Of a stretch of 64,000 nucleotides of DNA, positions 20,879-31,096 are shown piece by piece. Location of the stretch: assembly GCA_045586845.1 (NCBI GenBank), contig JAZNBB010000011.1, positions 8,023 through 72,022 on the forward strand, in the 5' to 3' direction. The DNA is from Eubacteriales bacterium. Its GTDB lineage: Bacteria > Bacillota > Clostridia > Oscillospirales > CAG-272. Each line of letters opens with the position of its first letter. Position 1 is the first letter of the stretch. The notes beneath the pieces were generated by a model that saw nothing but the letters and a program-made list of their open reading frames with translations, was not told the origin of the DNA and searched no databases. The translations under genes and the position numbers were made by a program.

Positions 20879-21577
20879 TCAAAGCCCCGCAAACTTTTCG
20901 CACGCCACCTTATACTGTGCACGGGAAATGGGAACCAGGTCACCGTTACGCATAGTATATTCACGATTGTTGATGCGCGTGGTGTGACGCAGGTTGACCG
21001 AATAAGAGCGATGGCAGCGAAAAAAGATATCGGCGGGGAGCTTTTCGCAAAACGCCTCAAAGCTGCCCATAAACACATATTGCTGACCGTCACGGCCATA
21101 TATTACGATATCGTGCTTTTGGCTCTCCAGATACAGAATATCATCGTACTCCATCATGACCTGCCCTTTTTTGCGGTCGTTGATCACCAGTCCCGGCTGC
21201 TTTTCCATCTTTTCCAAGCACATCTGCACCGCACGGCGCAGCTTGATGGGATCGACCGGCTTTGTCAGATATGTCAGCGGGTACACCTCATAAGCATCCA
21301 GCGCAAACTCGGAACTTGAAGTCATAAATACAATATTAACACGGCTTCCGGCGCGGCGCAGCTCACTTGCAAATTCAAGACCTGTGCGCTTATCCATCAC
21401 GATATCCAAAAGCAACAGCGAATAATCACATTTGCGCATGGCTGCCTGCAGCTCATCGGTAGAGCTGAAGCAATCGGTGCGGTGGGTAATACCCTTTTCG
21501 TCCAGCATCTTATCCAAAAGCTCCTTAGCCTTTGCGGAATACACTGCCTCGTCGTCGCAAATTGCGGTATAAAACAT
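20879..21577 (-). CDS. LytTR family response regulator
   Basis: REC domain 'ICDDE..LLDI..G', C-terminal 'FFRCHRSYSVNL'. Confidence 0.92.
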   Translation of the reverse strand: MFYTAICDDEAVYSAKAKELLDKMLDEKGITHRTDCFSSTDELQAAMRKCDYSLLLLDIVMDKRTGLEFASELRRAGSRVNIVFMTSSSEFALDAYEVYPLTYLTKPVDPIKLRRAVQMCLEKMEKQPGLVINDRKKGQVMMEYDDILYLESQKHDIVIYGRDGQQYVFMGSFEAFCEKLPADIFFRCHRSYSVNLRHTTRINNREYTMRNGDLVPISRAQYKVACEKFAGL

Positions 21578-21678
21578 ATTTCTACCTCCTCTGTCAGAGC
21601 ATTTTTCGAGACTTGTATTTATTATAACAGAAAAGTGCGGATTTGTCTATAAAATCGAGAGAAATTTCTTGCAAAGCC

Positions 21679-21809
21679 TTGACAAATGCCAATATGCGTG
21701 CTACACTTAACGTAATAGATTTAAGGAAAATCTGTATGCGCCGCACGATAAACGCAGACAGTTACGCAAAATTGGCAGCCGCAGTTTGATCTGCGGTATT
21801 TTTATTTTA
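21679..21809 (+). promoter_or_regulatory. aro operon sigma-A promoter and structured leader with a terminator-like hairpin
   Basis: TTGACA (21679)-N17-TACACT; uORF 21736-21789; hairpin CCGCAG-tttgat-CTGCGG followed by T-rich tract. Confidence 0.55.
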
Positions 21810-21824
21810 CGGGAGGACATCGTC

Positions 21825-22871
21825 ATGCTTACGGTTACAGTACGCGCTTCCAACACCTACGACGTGTGCATTGGTCGCGGCATTTTGACCAATTCAGGTG
21901 CGCTGATCTCACGGGTGCTCGCGCCCTGCCGCGCGCTGATTCTGACCGACGATCACGTCGCGCCTATTTACGCGGATGCGCTGGCAGATTCGCTGCGCTC
22001 TGCGAATTTTGTCCCCGAGATTTTTACCATACCACACGGCGAGGATTCCAAATCGCTTATCACGCTAAGTGCACTGCTGGAGCATTTGGCAAGTAAGCAT
22101 TATACCCGTACCGACGCGCTGTTTGCGCTGGGCGGCGGTGTGATCGGAGATCTTTGCGGCTTTTGCGCATCGGTCTATCTGCGCGGCATTCCCTTCATAC
22201 AGATACCTACCACCCTGCTCGCCGCCGTAGATTCCTCGGTGGGCGGCAAGACTGCGGTCAATCTTGTTGCGGGGAAAAATTTGGCAGGCGCGTTTTATCA
22301 GCCGCGATTGGTGATATGCGATCCCGATACGCTCTCGACACTGCCGCCCGAAATTTTTGCAGACGGATGCGCCGAGGTCATCAAATACGGCGTGATCAAC
22401 GATACAGACCTCTTTGGTATGCTGCAGAACGGTGTCTCGCCCGCAAGTGAGCAGATCATTGCCCGCTGTGTCCGGAACAAGCGCGATATTGTAGAAAAAG
22501 ACGAATTCGATACAGGTATGCGCCAACTGCTCAACTTGGGGCACACGGTGGCGCACGCGATCGAAAAGCTTTCAAATTTTGAAATACCGCACGGCAGGGC
22601 GGTTGCAATGGGCACGGTGTCCATCATGCGCGCTGCAATGGCACATGGATATTGTTCCGAAACCGACCTTGACGCACTGATCGGGTTGACAAAAAAACTG
22701 GGGCTGCCCACCGAGTGCCCCTACAGTGCAGCAGAATTGGCAGCCGCCGCCTGCTCTGACAAAAAGCGCAGCGGAGACACCTTGACGCTTGTTATACCCT
22801 ACGGTATTGGAGATTGCCGCCTGTATCCCCTGCCCGCAGCCGATCTGCAGGCTTGGCTGGAAGTGAGGTAA
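21825..22871 (+). CDS. aroB: 3-dehydroquinate synthase
   Basis: 'ALGGGVIGD', 'PTTLLAAVDSSVGGKT', 'NLGHT..HAIE'. Confidence 0.95.
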   Translation: MLTVTVRASNTYDVCIGRGILTNSGALISRVLAPCRALILTDDHVAPIYADALADSLRSANFVPEIFTIPHGEDSKSLITLSALLEHLASKHYTRTDALFALGGGVIGDLCGFCASVYLRGIPFIQIPTTLLAAVDSSVGGKTAVNLVAGKNLAGAFYQPRLVICDPDTLSTLPPEIFADGCAEVIKYGVINDTDLFGMLQNGVSPASEQIIARCVRNKRDIVEKDEFDTGMRQLLNLGHTVAHAIEKLSNFEIPHGRAVAMGTVSIMRAAMAHGYCSETDLDALIGLTKKLGLPTECPYSAAELAAAACSDKKRSGDTLTLVIPYGIGDCRLYPLPAADLQAWLEVR

Positions 22872-22875
22872 CTCC

Positions 22876-24147
22876 ATGCAAGTGACACTTCACACCCCCG
22901 TGCCGCGCGGCTCTCTGCAACCCTTTCCCTCCAAGTCCGAGGCGCACAGAGCCTTGATCTGTGCTGCACTTTCCAACATACCCACACAGATCATCTGCGG
23001 TGCGACAAACGATGACATTGAGGCTACAGTCGATTGCCTTTGTGCACTTGGCGCGCGCATTGCTCGTACAGAGAACGGCTTTTTTGTTACGCCCTTGACG
23101 CACGGACCTGCACGGGCAGATCTTGACGTGCGCGAATCGGGCTCAACTTTGCGCTTTTTGCTGCCCGTGATATCCGCTTTGGGCACAACAGCTCATATTT
23201 CAAGACGCGGCAGACTGCCCGCGCGCCCGTTATCGCCACTGCACGAGCTGCTGCAGCAACACGGCGCGCACATTCAAAAAGGAGAGAACGGCAGTTTGGA
23301 GAGCTCCGGACAGCTTTGCGGCAGCGATTATGCCATTGCCGCCAACATTTCCTCGCAATACATAAGCGGACTCTTGTTTGCGCTTCCTCTACTCGACCTT
23401 GACATACCCTGCACCGTCACCTTGATCGGGCAAGTTGAATCGCGTCCTTATCTTGACATGACGCTTGCCGCACTTGACACCTTTGGGATCAAGGTCACCG
23501 AACAGGACGGCACGCTGACCATACCCGCGCACAGTCGCTTTACCTCTCCGGGAACGGTGACCGTGGGCGGCGACTGGTCGGGTGCTGCAGCCTTTGCCTG
23601 CATGGGCGCGGTCGGTAAGCATCCCTTGACCATTACGGGACTTGACCCGCACTCCGCACAGGGAGATCGCGCAATTTTATCTATTCTCTCGCAAATGGGA
23701 GCGCAGGTGCAGATCGGTGCAAATACGGTATCCGTATCCCCGGCTCAACTGCATGGCTTAGAGATCGATGCAACGCATATCCCCGACCTTGTACCCGTAC
23801 TGGCAGCCACGGCGGCGTTTGCCAATGGCACAACCCGCATTTACGGCGCATCACGATTGCGCACCAAGGAATCCGACCGCCTTGCCGCCACCACCACGGT
23901 GTTGCGAAGCTTGGGCGCGGATATCACAGAAGCCGAGGACGGTCTGATCATTGTCGGCAAGCCTCAACTTTCGGGCGGAGCGGTCCATACCTTTGATGAC
24001 CACCGCATTGCCATGACCGCCGCAGTCGCCTCGCTTGGCTGCCAAGCCCCCGTCACAATAGAGGACGCACAGGCGGTCAATAAATCCTATCCAACCTTCT
24101 GGGAGCAGTTATCTGCTCTTTGTGATCCCGAAACCGTTATTTTTTGA
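22876..24147 (+). CDS. aroA: EPSP synthase
   Basis: 'PSKSEAHRA', 'RESGSTLRF', 'SSQYISG', 'RLRTKESDR', 'DDHRIAM', 'KSYP.FW'. Confidence 0.95.
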   Translation: MQVTLHTPVPRGSLQPFPSKSEAHRALICAALSNIPTQIICGATNDDIEATVDCLCALGARIARTENGFFVTPLTHGPARADLDVRESGSTLRFLLPVISALGTTAHISRRGRLPARPLSPLHELLQQHGAHIQKGENGSLESSGQLCGSDYAIAANISSQYISGLLFALPLLDLDIPCTVTLIGQVESRPYLDMTLAALDTFGIKVTEQDGTLTIPAHSRFTSPGTVTVGGDWSGAAAFACMGAVGKHPLTITGLDPHSAQGDRAILSILSQMGAQVQIGANTVSVSPAQLHGLEIDATHIPDLVPVLAATAAFANGTTRIYGASRLRTKESDRLAATTTVLRSLGADITEAEDGLIIVGKPQLSGGAVHTFDDHRIAMTAAVASLGCQAPVTIEDAQAVNKSYPTFWEQLSALCDPETVIF

Positions 24148-24298
24148 AAGGTTATCGTGAAAATTCACTTTGCCTGCCTGATTCGTCTGTTATTCACGCA
24201 TAAATCTCACACAAAAGGGACCCTACCCATTTTGGAGCAAAGCTCCACGGTGATGTTTCAAAACTATTTGAGCCGCCACGGGCGGTATGGAGGTTAAT

Positions 24299-25378
24299 AT
24301 GCCCTACCCATTCGGTAAAAACATCAAATTGGATATCTGCGGCGGCTCGCACGATCCGGAGATCTCTATGACGCTCTCGGGTCTGCCCGCGGGCATTGCA
24401 TTCAATATAGCGCAGCTGCACACCTTTATGGCGCGCCGCGCCCCGGGGCAAAACGCCTGGTCTACCTCGCGCAGCGAGGCTGATCTTCCGCACTTCAAAA
24501 GCGGCGTGATCGATAGCGAGGACGGTTGTCTGTATACCGACGGCACACCCGTCAAGGCGGTCATTTACAACACAAATACGCGCTCTTCGGATTATGACTT
24601 CGACATTCCCCGCCCGGGTCACGCCGATCTTGCCGCACGCCTCAAATACGGCGACGCAGTTGATCTGCGCGGCGGCGGGCACTTTTCAGGACGTTTGACC
24701 GCCATGATCTGCCTTGCGGGAGGCATTTGCTTACAACACTTAGAAACGCACGGGATCCGTATTGGTGCGCACGCACTTTCCATCGGCGGCATATACGACG
24801 TGCCCTATGACCCCGTCAGCAATACCCTCTCCGCCTTTGCAGAGGTGGATTTTCCCACGCTGGATGCAAAAGCAGGAACGCAGATGAAAGAGAGAATTGC
24901 CGCAATACGAGCCGAGGGCGACTCGGTTGGCGGCTTGATCGAGTGCAAGATCTTGGGCATTCCCGCAGGACTTGGCGAGCATATGTTCCGCTCGGTGGAA
25001 AGCGTGATCTCACAGGCCATGTGGAGCATTCCCGCCATCAAGGGTATCTCGTTTGGTGCAGGCTTTGGTGTGGCAAATATGCTCGGCTCACAAAACAACG
25101 ATCCCATTTGCACCGACGGAGAGCGCATTTGCACGACCGCAAACAACGCGGGCGGTGTCTTGGGCGGTATGACAAACGGTATGCCCATTCTGTTCACAAT
25201 TGCCATCAAGCCCACGCCATCAATAGCCAAAGAGCAGAAAAGCATCAGCTTTTCGCGCATGGAAAACACCACGCTGCACATTCAAGGCAGACATGACCCC
25301 TGCGTCGTCCCCCGCGCAGTACCCGTGGTTCAAGCCGCGGCGGCACTGGCAATCATGGATCTGATGTTGGATGAGTAA
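24299..25378 (+). CDS. aroC: Chorismate synthase
   Basis: 'PRPGHAD', 'RGGGHFSGR.TA', 'GDSVGG', 'GRHDPC..PRA'. Confidence 0.95.
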   Translation: MPYPFGKNIKLDICGGSHDPEISMTLSGLPAGIAFNIAQLHTFMARRAPGQNAWSTSRSEADLPHFKSGVIDSEDGCLYTDGTPVKAVIYNTNTRSSDYDFDIPRPGHADLAARLKYGDAVDLRGGGHFSGRLTAMICLAGGICLQHLETHGIRIGAHALSIGGIYDVPYDPVSNTLSAFAEVDFPTLDAKAGTQMKERIAAIRAEGDSVGGLIECKILGIPAGLGEHMFRSVESVISQAMWSIPAIKGISFGAGFGVANMLGSQNNDPICTDGERICTTANNAGGVLGGMTNGMPILFTIAIKPTPSIAKEQKSISFSRMENTTLHIQGRHDPCVVPRAVPVVQAAAALAIMDLMLDE

Positions 25379-25388
25379 AGGAGTTTTT

Positions 25389-26213
25389 ATGTATTATTTA
25401 CCCACCGATTATTTGATTTTGACTGCCATTCATGATAAAAAAACTGCCCTTGACGCACTGCTGGAGGCAGCTTGCACCACGCTACCATATCCGCTCTCTA
25501 AAGGTGCGCTTGCCTTTTCTCTTGGCAAGCTGGCAGCAGGCGGATACATCGAGGAATACAGCCTGACCGACAAGGGTACGGCATTTTTCAAGAACAATAA
25601 GAAGTTTTTGGAGAGCAAATCCAAGGCTAACGCGCGTATGTGCGCGCTGCTTTGTGCCGAGAGAATTGAGGGAGAGATCACACCCTACGCGCTTTCCGAC
25701 TCTGCCTACGCCGAGGCTTGCGACGCCCTGCGCCGCAAATACAGCATCCCTTCGCCAAAGTTTTGCATCGTGCAGGGCGAAAGTTCGCTGATCCTGCGCT
25801 TTGCGGGCTATTATGCGGACCGGGAAAACGAGGACGATTGGTGTGACGGACAAAGCATCGCAGTCAATATCCCTTCACTTTGCGCGCTGGTTGACACCTA
25901 CGTTGCGCATTACCGAGATGGCAGACACCACAAATGCTGTCTGTATGCCGATGGTGCACCCGCTTACGTAGCTACCGTGAGCATTGACGAGGAAAGAACG
26001 CGTCTGAGCATTTCCAAGATTCTGTTCAACCGCCAACGCTTTATTGGCAAGCGCGACGGAGACCTTGACTATGCACAATGCGGGGAAACGGTATTTGACC
26101 GTGTCAATCCTACGCTGGATTCATATCTGGTACTGGCTATGATAGAGGCAGAGGCAGTTATGGCAGAAGCCTTCCCTTATGAAGCCGTATCACTTTTATG
26201 GGAGATGTGCTGA
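25389..26213 (+). CDS. Hypothetical protein inside the aro operon
   Basis: AAAGGAG SD; 274 aa; N-terminal wHTH-like 'GYIEEYSLTDKG'. Confidence 0.7.
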   Translation: MYYLPTDYLILTAIHDKKTALDALLEAACTTLPYPLSKGALAFSLGKLAAGGYIEEYSLTDKGTAFFKNNKKFLESKSKANARMCALLCAERIEGEITPYALSDSAYAEACDALRRKYSIPSPKFCIVQGESSLILRFAGYYADRENEDDWCDGQSIAVNIPSLCALVDTYVAHYRDGRHHKCCLYADGAPAYVATVSIDEERTRLSISKILFNRQRFIGKRDGDLDYAQCGETVFDRVNPTLDSYLVLAMIEAEAVMAEAFPYEAVSLLWEMC

Positions 26214-26214
26214 T

Positions 26215-27441
26215 ATGAGCAAATTTTATCTGATCGGCGAGCACCTATCGCACAGCTTTTCGCCCGAGATCCATGCCCTGTTGGGCAATCCCGATTACGC
26301 CCTCAAGGAGCTTGCGCCCGACGAGGTGGCGGACTTTATCAGGCACGGCGACTACGACGGTCTGAACGTCACTATCCCCTATAAAAAAACGGTCATTCCC
26401 TATCTTGACGAGCTGACAGACACCGCGCAAAGACTCGGTGCGGTCAACACGATCGTACGCACCCCCGACGGCAAATTGCTTGGTGACAACACCGACTATT
26501 TCGGCTTTTCCTACGCGCTTGCCTCCGCAGGCATTACAATTCGCGGCAAAAAGGTGCTCGTCCTTGGCTCGGGCGGCGCATCCAAGACGGCCGTTGCGGT
26601 GGCACGCGACGCGGGCGCTTGCAAGGTGGTCATCGTTTCCCGCACGGGTGCGGTCAATTATCAAAATGTATACGATTTGCATGGGGACGCCGAGGTCATC
26701 ATCAACTGCACCCCCGTGGGTATGTACCCCAAGTCGGGCGTCACCCCCGTTTGGCTTGTCAGGTTCCCAAAGCTTTGCGGCGTGGCGGATATGATCTACA
26801 ATCCCGCGCACACGCTCCTGCTTGCCGCGGCAGAGGAGCTTGGCATCCCCTCTACCAACGGGCTTTCCATGCTGGTTGCGCAGGCGGCTGCGGGACACGA
26901 GCGCTTTACCGCGCAGAGCGTTTCCCATGCCCGTATCGACCAAATTATTCGCACCTTTGCCAAGCAAAGCGAGAATATCGTGCTGATCGGCATGCCGGGC
27001 TGTGGCAAATCCACCGTGGGTGCCGCCCTCGCACGCTTGAGCGGCAAGACCTTTGTGGATACCGACGCCCTGATAGAGCAAAGGGCGGGCAAGTCCATTC
27101 CCGACATATTTGCCACCGAGGACGAGGACGCCTTCCGTGAGCTGGAGCACCGTGCGATTTGCGAGATCGGTGCCACTCACGGGCAAGTCATTGCCACGGG
27201 CGGCGGCGTTGTCACACGCCCCGAGAATCAGTACCCGCTGGAACAAAACGGCGTTATTGTATGGCTGCAACGCCCCTTGGAGCAGCTGCCCACCGACGGC
27301 AGACCGCTCTCGCAATCGGGTGCGCTTGCTGATATGTACCGCGCGCGCGAGTCGCTCTACCGCGCATTTTGCGATTTACAAATCCCCAACGACGGCGCGC
27401 CCGAAGAGGTTGCCGCACGCATTATGGAGGAACTTTTATGA
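26215..27441 (+). CDS. aroE: Shikimate dehydrogenase-shikimate kinase fusion
   Basis: AroE motifs 'HSFSPEIH', 'GLNVTIPYK', 'AVNT', 'NTDY.GF', then AroK motifs 'GMPGCGKST', 'ATGGG'. Confidence 0.93.
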   Translation: MSKFYLIGEHLSHSFSPEIHALLGNPDYALKELAPDEVADFIRHGDYDGLNVTIPYKKTVIPYLDELTDTAQRLGAVNTIVRTPDGKLLGDNTDYFGFSYALASAGITIRGKKVLVLGSGGASKTAVAVARDAGACKVVIVSRTGAVNYQNVYDLHGDAEVIINCTPVGMYPKSGVTPVWLVRFPKLCGVADMIYNPAHTLLLAAAEELGIPSTNGLSMLVAQAAAGHERFTAQSVSHARIDQIIRTFAKQSENIVLIGMPGCGKSTVGAALARLSGKTFVDTDALIEQRAGKSIPDIFATEDEDAFRELEHRAICEIGATHGQVIATGGGVVTRPENQYPLEQNGVIVWLQRPLEQLPTDGRPLSQSGALADMYRARESLYRAFCDLQIPNDGAPEEVAARIMEELL

Positions 27442-27878
27442 AATTTTTAGTCATTAACGGCCCCAATCTCAATCTGCTGGGACGCAGAGAGCCTGCCATT
27501 TACGGAAACCGCGACTACTCTGCATTATGTGAACACATCAAAACATCTGCCGCACAGGTCGGTGTGGAAATCGATATCATGCAGACCAATCACGAAGGCG
27601 TGATCGTAGATGCTGTTCAAGATGCGCTTGGCAAATACGACGGCATTGTCATCAACCCCGCCGCCTACACCCATACAAGCGTTGCCATTGCAGACGCGAT
27701 CGCCGCCGTTGAGATCCCCACAGCTGAGGTACACCTGTCCGACGTGGACAGCCGTGAGCCCTTCCGTCGCGTTTCCTACGTGACACCCGTGTGCGTCCTG
27801 CGCATCACCGGTCTTGGCTTTGACAGCTATTCCGAAGCCATTGCCCAACTCGCTGCGATTGTTCGCTCAAAAGGTTGA
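27438..27878 (+). CDS. aroQ: Type II 3-dehydroquinate dehydratase
   Basis: 'NGPNLNLLGRREP.IYG', 'NPAAYTHTS', 'EVHLS....RE.FR'. Confidence 0.95.
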   Translation: MKFLVINGPNLNLLGRREPAIYGNRDYSALCEHIKTSAAQVGVEIDIMQTNHEGVIVDAVQDALGKYDGIVINPAAYTHTSVAIADAIAAVEIPTAEVHLSDVDSREPFRRVSYVTPVCVLRITGLGFDSYSEAIAQLAAIVRSKG

Positions 27879-27932
27879 CAAGCCGCAACAAGTCTGTTAT
27901 AATGGTAGCAGAAATTCCAATAAACGGAGGAT

Positions 27933-28910
27933 ATGACCGTGAAACGCATTGCAAAGATCTTGCTTGCCCTGTTACTTTGCTCCACTGCACTGCTCACAGC
28001 CTGTGACAGCGGCGTTGTGCCCACAGAAACTACACCTGCCGATACCGAACCCTCGGCAGAACAGAATACCGAGCAATCCACAGAGTTGCCTGCTACGCAA
28101 GACACCACCGAAAACATCACAGAAATCGTAACAGAGGAGGAGACCATCGTGCCCAACGACGGAAAGCCCAAAAAGTTTTTTACACTCAGCTTTGACGACG
28201 GCATTACGCAAGACCTCAGAGTCATTGAGATACTCAAAAAATACGACGTCAAGTGCATTTCCTTCAATATCAACACGGGTCTTTACGGTGCAAATTGGAC
28301 CTGGGTAGGTCCTGCCATCGGTGATGCAAGTATTCCGCACCAGCGTTTTACCGAGGAGGAGCTGCAATCCGGCATTTATGACGGTTATGACGTGCTGGTG
28401 CATACCCTCAACCACCCCTCGCTCAAGAATTACGACAAGCGCGCAAGCCAGATCAAAAAAGAGGTTGGCAAGGACGCTGACAACATTGAAAAACTGACAG
28501 GCATTCGTCCTGTCGGCATGGCTTGGCCGGGCGGCGATACCGAATATACCGACACCACCATTGAGCTTGTACTGGAAAACACCGATATTCGCTTTGCACG
28601 CGGCACTACCTCGACCTACAATTTCGAGCTGCCCGAGTATTTCATGAAATGGATGCCCACCTGCTCGGCAATCGACCCGCAGTGCCTGACGCTGGCACAG
28701 CAGTTCATTGATGCCGAGTGTACCGAAGACATGCTGTTCTACGTTTGGGGACACGCTTACGAGCTGGATCTGAACAACGGTGCAGGCTATGAAACCTTTG
28801 AGCAGCTTGTCAAGATGATGAGCGAGGCAGAGGACGTCTACCTTGTCACCAACACCGAGTTCTACAAAATCTATAAGGATCAGATTCCCTCTTGGACAGA
28901 GGCAGAGTAA
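27933..28910 (+). CDS. Polysaccharide deacetylase (CE4) lipoprotein
   Basis: Lipobox 'LTAC', T/E-rich linker, 'LSFDDG', 'HTLNHP', 'WGHAYE'; own promoter TTGACA (27875)-N17-TATAAT. Confidence 0.85.
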   Translation: MTVKRIAKILLALLLCSTALLTACDSGVVPTETTPADTEPSAEQNTEQSTELPATQDTTENITEIVTEEETIVPNDGKPKKFFTLSFDDGITQDLRVIEILKKYDVKCISFNINTGLYGANWTWVGPAIGDASIPHQRFTEEELQSGIYDGYDVLVHTLNHPSLKNYDKRASQIKKEVGKDADNIEKLTGIRPVGMAWPGGDTEYTDTTIELVLENTDIRFARGTTSTYNFELPEYFMKWMPTCSAIDPQCLTLAQQFIDAECTEDMLFYVWGHAYELDLNNGAGYETFEQLVKMMSEAEDVYLVTNTEFYKIYKDQIPSWTEAE

Positions 28911-29058
28911 ACAGAGACAAAGCACTTGCGCAAGCAAGTGCTTTCTCTTTTTTACGCTTTTTTGCCGCTTGCTCTTGCACGCGCCGCGCAAGTGTGCTAT
29001 AATAAAAGCAATCGTTTTAGTTTGCTAAAATCCTGAACCTCAAAAGGAGGGCATTGGT

Positions 29059-29838
29059 ATGAAAATCGTCGTCAAGATCGGCACTTCCACGCTGGCACAC
29101 GCCACCGGCAGACTCAATATCAAGAGAATCGAGCAGCTTTGCAAGGTACTCTCCGACCTCAAAAACGCAGGACACGAGATCATTCTCGTTTCTTCCGGTG
29201 CAATCGGCATGGGCGTGGGTAAGTTGGGGCTTCCCGCGCGTCCCCGCGACACTGCAGGCAAGCAGGCAGCGGCTGCCGTTGGACAATGCGAGCTGATGTA
29301 TACATATGACAAGCTGTTCTCCGAATATAACCACACAGTAGCACAGATACTGCTTACAGCGGATGACCTGCGCCACGCTGACCGCCACCAAAACTTTGAG
29401 AATACCATGAGCCGTTTGCTGGAGCTCTCGGTGCTGCCCATCATCAACGAAAATGATACGGTTGCCACCGAGGAGATTGAGATCGGGGACAACGATACCT
29501 TGGCTGCCATCGTGGCAGAGAGCGTGCGTGCCGATCTTTTGATCCTGCTCTCCGACATTGACGGGCTTTACACCGCAGACCCGCACAAGCATGAGAACGC
29601 ACAACTGATCTCCGATGTGTACGAGCTGGACGTGCGCATCCTTGCGCTTGGCGGAAGCGCAGGCTCGGCTCTGGGCACAGGCGGCATGGCAACCAAGCTG
29701 CGTGCCGCGCAGATTGCGACCGGCGCCGGCTGCGACATGGTGATTGCCAACGGTGCTGACCCCGATCTGCTTTACCGCATTGCAAGCGGCGAGGCAGTCG
29801 GCACTAAATTTCATGCAAACAAGGGGGAAAGTGCATGA
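29059..29838 (+). CDS. proB: Glutamate 5-kinase (no PUA domain)
   Basis: 'VVKIGTS', 'VSSGAI', 'INENDTV', 'GDNDTL', 'GTGGMATK'. Confidence 0.95.
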   Translation: MKIVVKIGTSTLAHATGRLNIKRIEQLCKVLSDLKNAGHEIILVSSGAIGMGVGKLGLPARPRDTAGKQAAAAVGQCELMYTYDKLFSEYNHTVAQILLTADDLRHADRHQNFENTMSRLLELSVLPIINENDTVATEEIEIGDNDTLAAIVAESVRADLLILLSDIDGLYTADPHKHENAQLISDVYELDVRILALGGSAGSALGTGGMATKLRAAQIATGAGCDMVIANGADPDLLYRIASGEAVGTKFHANKGESA

Positions 29839-31094
29839 GAAGCACGCAGGATATTTTAATTGCAGCCAAGCGGGCGGGCAATATCATAAAAAGCTATACC
29901 GCCGAGCAGCTTGACGCGGCACTCGCCGCCATGGCTGCGACACTGGTTGCCGACACCGATGCCATTTTACAGGCAAACACCGCCGATCTGGAAGCTGCTC
30001 GCGGACATATTTCGGACGTCATGCTGGACAGATTGCGCCTTGATGACAAGCGCGTACACGGCATGGCACAGGGCATTTTGGACGTTGTTCGTCTGCCCTC
30101 CCCTCTGGGACACGTGCTGGCAGAGTTCCAACGCCCCAACGGCATGACCGTACGCAAGATCTCCTCTGCTATGGGCGTCATTGCCATCATTTACGAAAGC
30201 CGCCCCAACGTGACCTCGGACGCAGCTGCACTCGCCATCAAAGCGGGCAGCGTTTGCGTATTACGCCCCGGTCGTGACGCAGCCAAGTCGGCTGCCGCTA
30301 TCGTTGCCGCTTTGCGTAAAGGGCTTACCGCCGCAGGTCTTTGCCCCGATCTCGTCAATTTGGTGGAGGACACCTCACGTCAGAGCGCAACCGACCTGAT
30401 GAAGGCAAACGGCTTTGTGGATATGCTGATCCCACGCGGAGGCGCGGGACTGATCCGCTCCTGCATCGAAAACGCCACCGTGCCCTGTATTCAGACGGGT
30501 ACGGGCATCTGTCACATTTACGTAGACGCAAGTGCCGACCTTGACATGGCGCTGAACATTTTAGATAATGCAAAAACCAGCCGCCCGTCGGTCTGCAATG
30601 CTTGCGAGGTATGCCTTGTACATAAGGATATTGCCGACAAGTTCCTGCCTTTGGTAAAAGTGCGTCTGATCGACGCAAGACGCGCGGCGGGCAAGATCCC
30701 GGTCGAGTTGCGCGGTGACACACGCACTTGCGCTGTCATTGACGCAATACCTGCAGGCAAAAACGATTTTGACACCGAATTTTTGGACTATATTTTAGCC
30801 GTGGGCATTGTAGACGGCGTGAACGAAGCTGTTTCGCATATTGGCGCGCACTCCACGGGACACAGCGAGGCGATCCTCGCAACCGATCAGACCGCCATTG
30901 ACACATTTGTGCGCGGTGTGGATTCCTCCTCGGTGTACGTCAATGTATCCACCCGTTTTACCGATGGCGGCGAGTTCGGCTTTGGCTGCGAAATGGGCAT
31001 TTCCACGCAGAAATTGCACGCGCGCGGTCCCATGGGACTTTGCGAACTGACCACGTATAAATACGTCATTACAGGCAACGGGCAGACCAGATGA
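29835..31094 (+). CDS. proA: Glutamate-5-semialdehyde dehydrogenase
   Basis: 'IYESRPNVT', 'IPRGG', 'RPSVCNA', 'STRFTDGGEFG', 'STQKLHARGP'. Confidence 0.95.
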   Translation: MRSTQDILIAAKRAGNIIKSYTAEQLDAALAAMAATLVADTDAILQANTADLEAARGHISDVMLDRLRLDDKRVHGMAQGILDVVRLPSPLGHVLAEFQRPNGMTVRKISSAMGVIAIIYESRPNVTSDAAALAIKAGSVCVLRPGRDAAKSAAAIVAALRKGLTAAGLCPDLVNLVEDTSRQSATDLMKANGFVDMLIPRGGAGLIRSCIENATVPCIQTGTGICHIYVDASADLDMALNILDNAKTSRPSVCNACEVCLVHKDIADKFLPLVKVRLIDARRAAGKIPVELRGDTRTCAVIDAIPAGKNDFDTEFLDYILAVGIVDGVNEAVSHIGAHSTGHSEAILATDQTAIDTFVRGVDSSSVYVNVSTRFTDGGEFGFGCEMGISTQKLHARGPMGLCELTTYKYVITGNGQTR

Positions 31095-31096
31095 GA

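Noticed and set aside
21736-21789. Resemblance of the uORF end (DSYAKLAAAV) to a tmRNA tag
   Set aside because: No tRNA-like ends, and the region is far too short for ssrA; probably coincidental
28975-29058. T-box leader before proB (also considered for aroB and cysS)
   Set aside because: Leaders are too short and lack the GGTGG.ACC T-box motif
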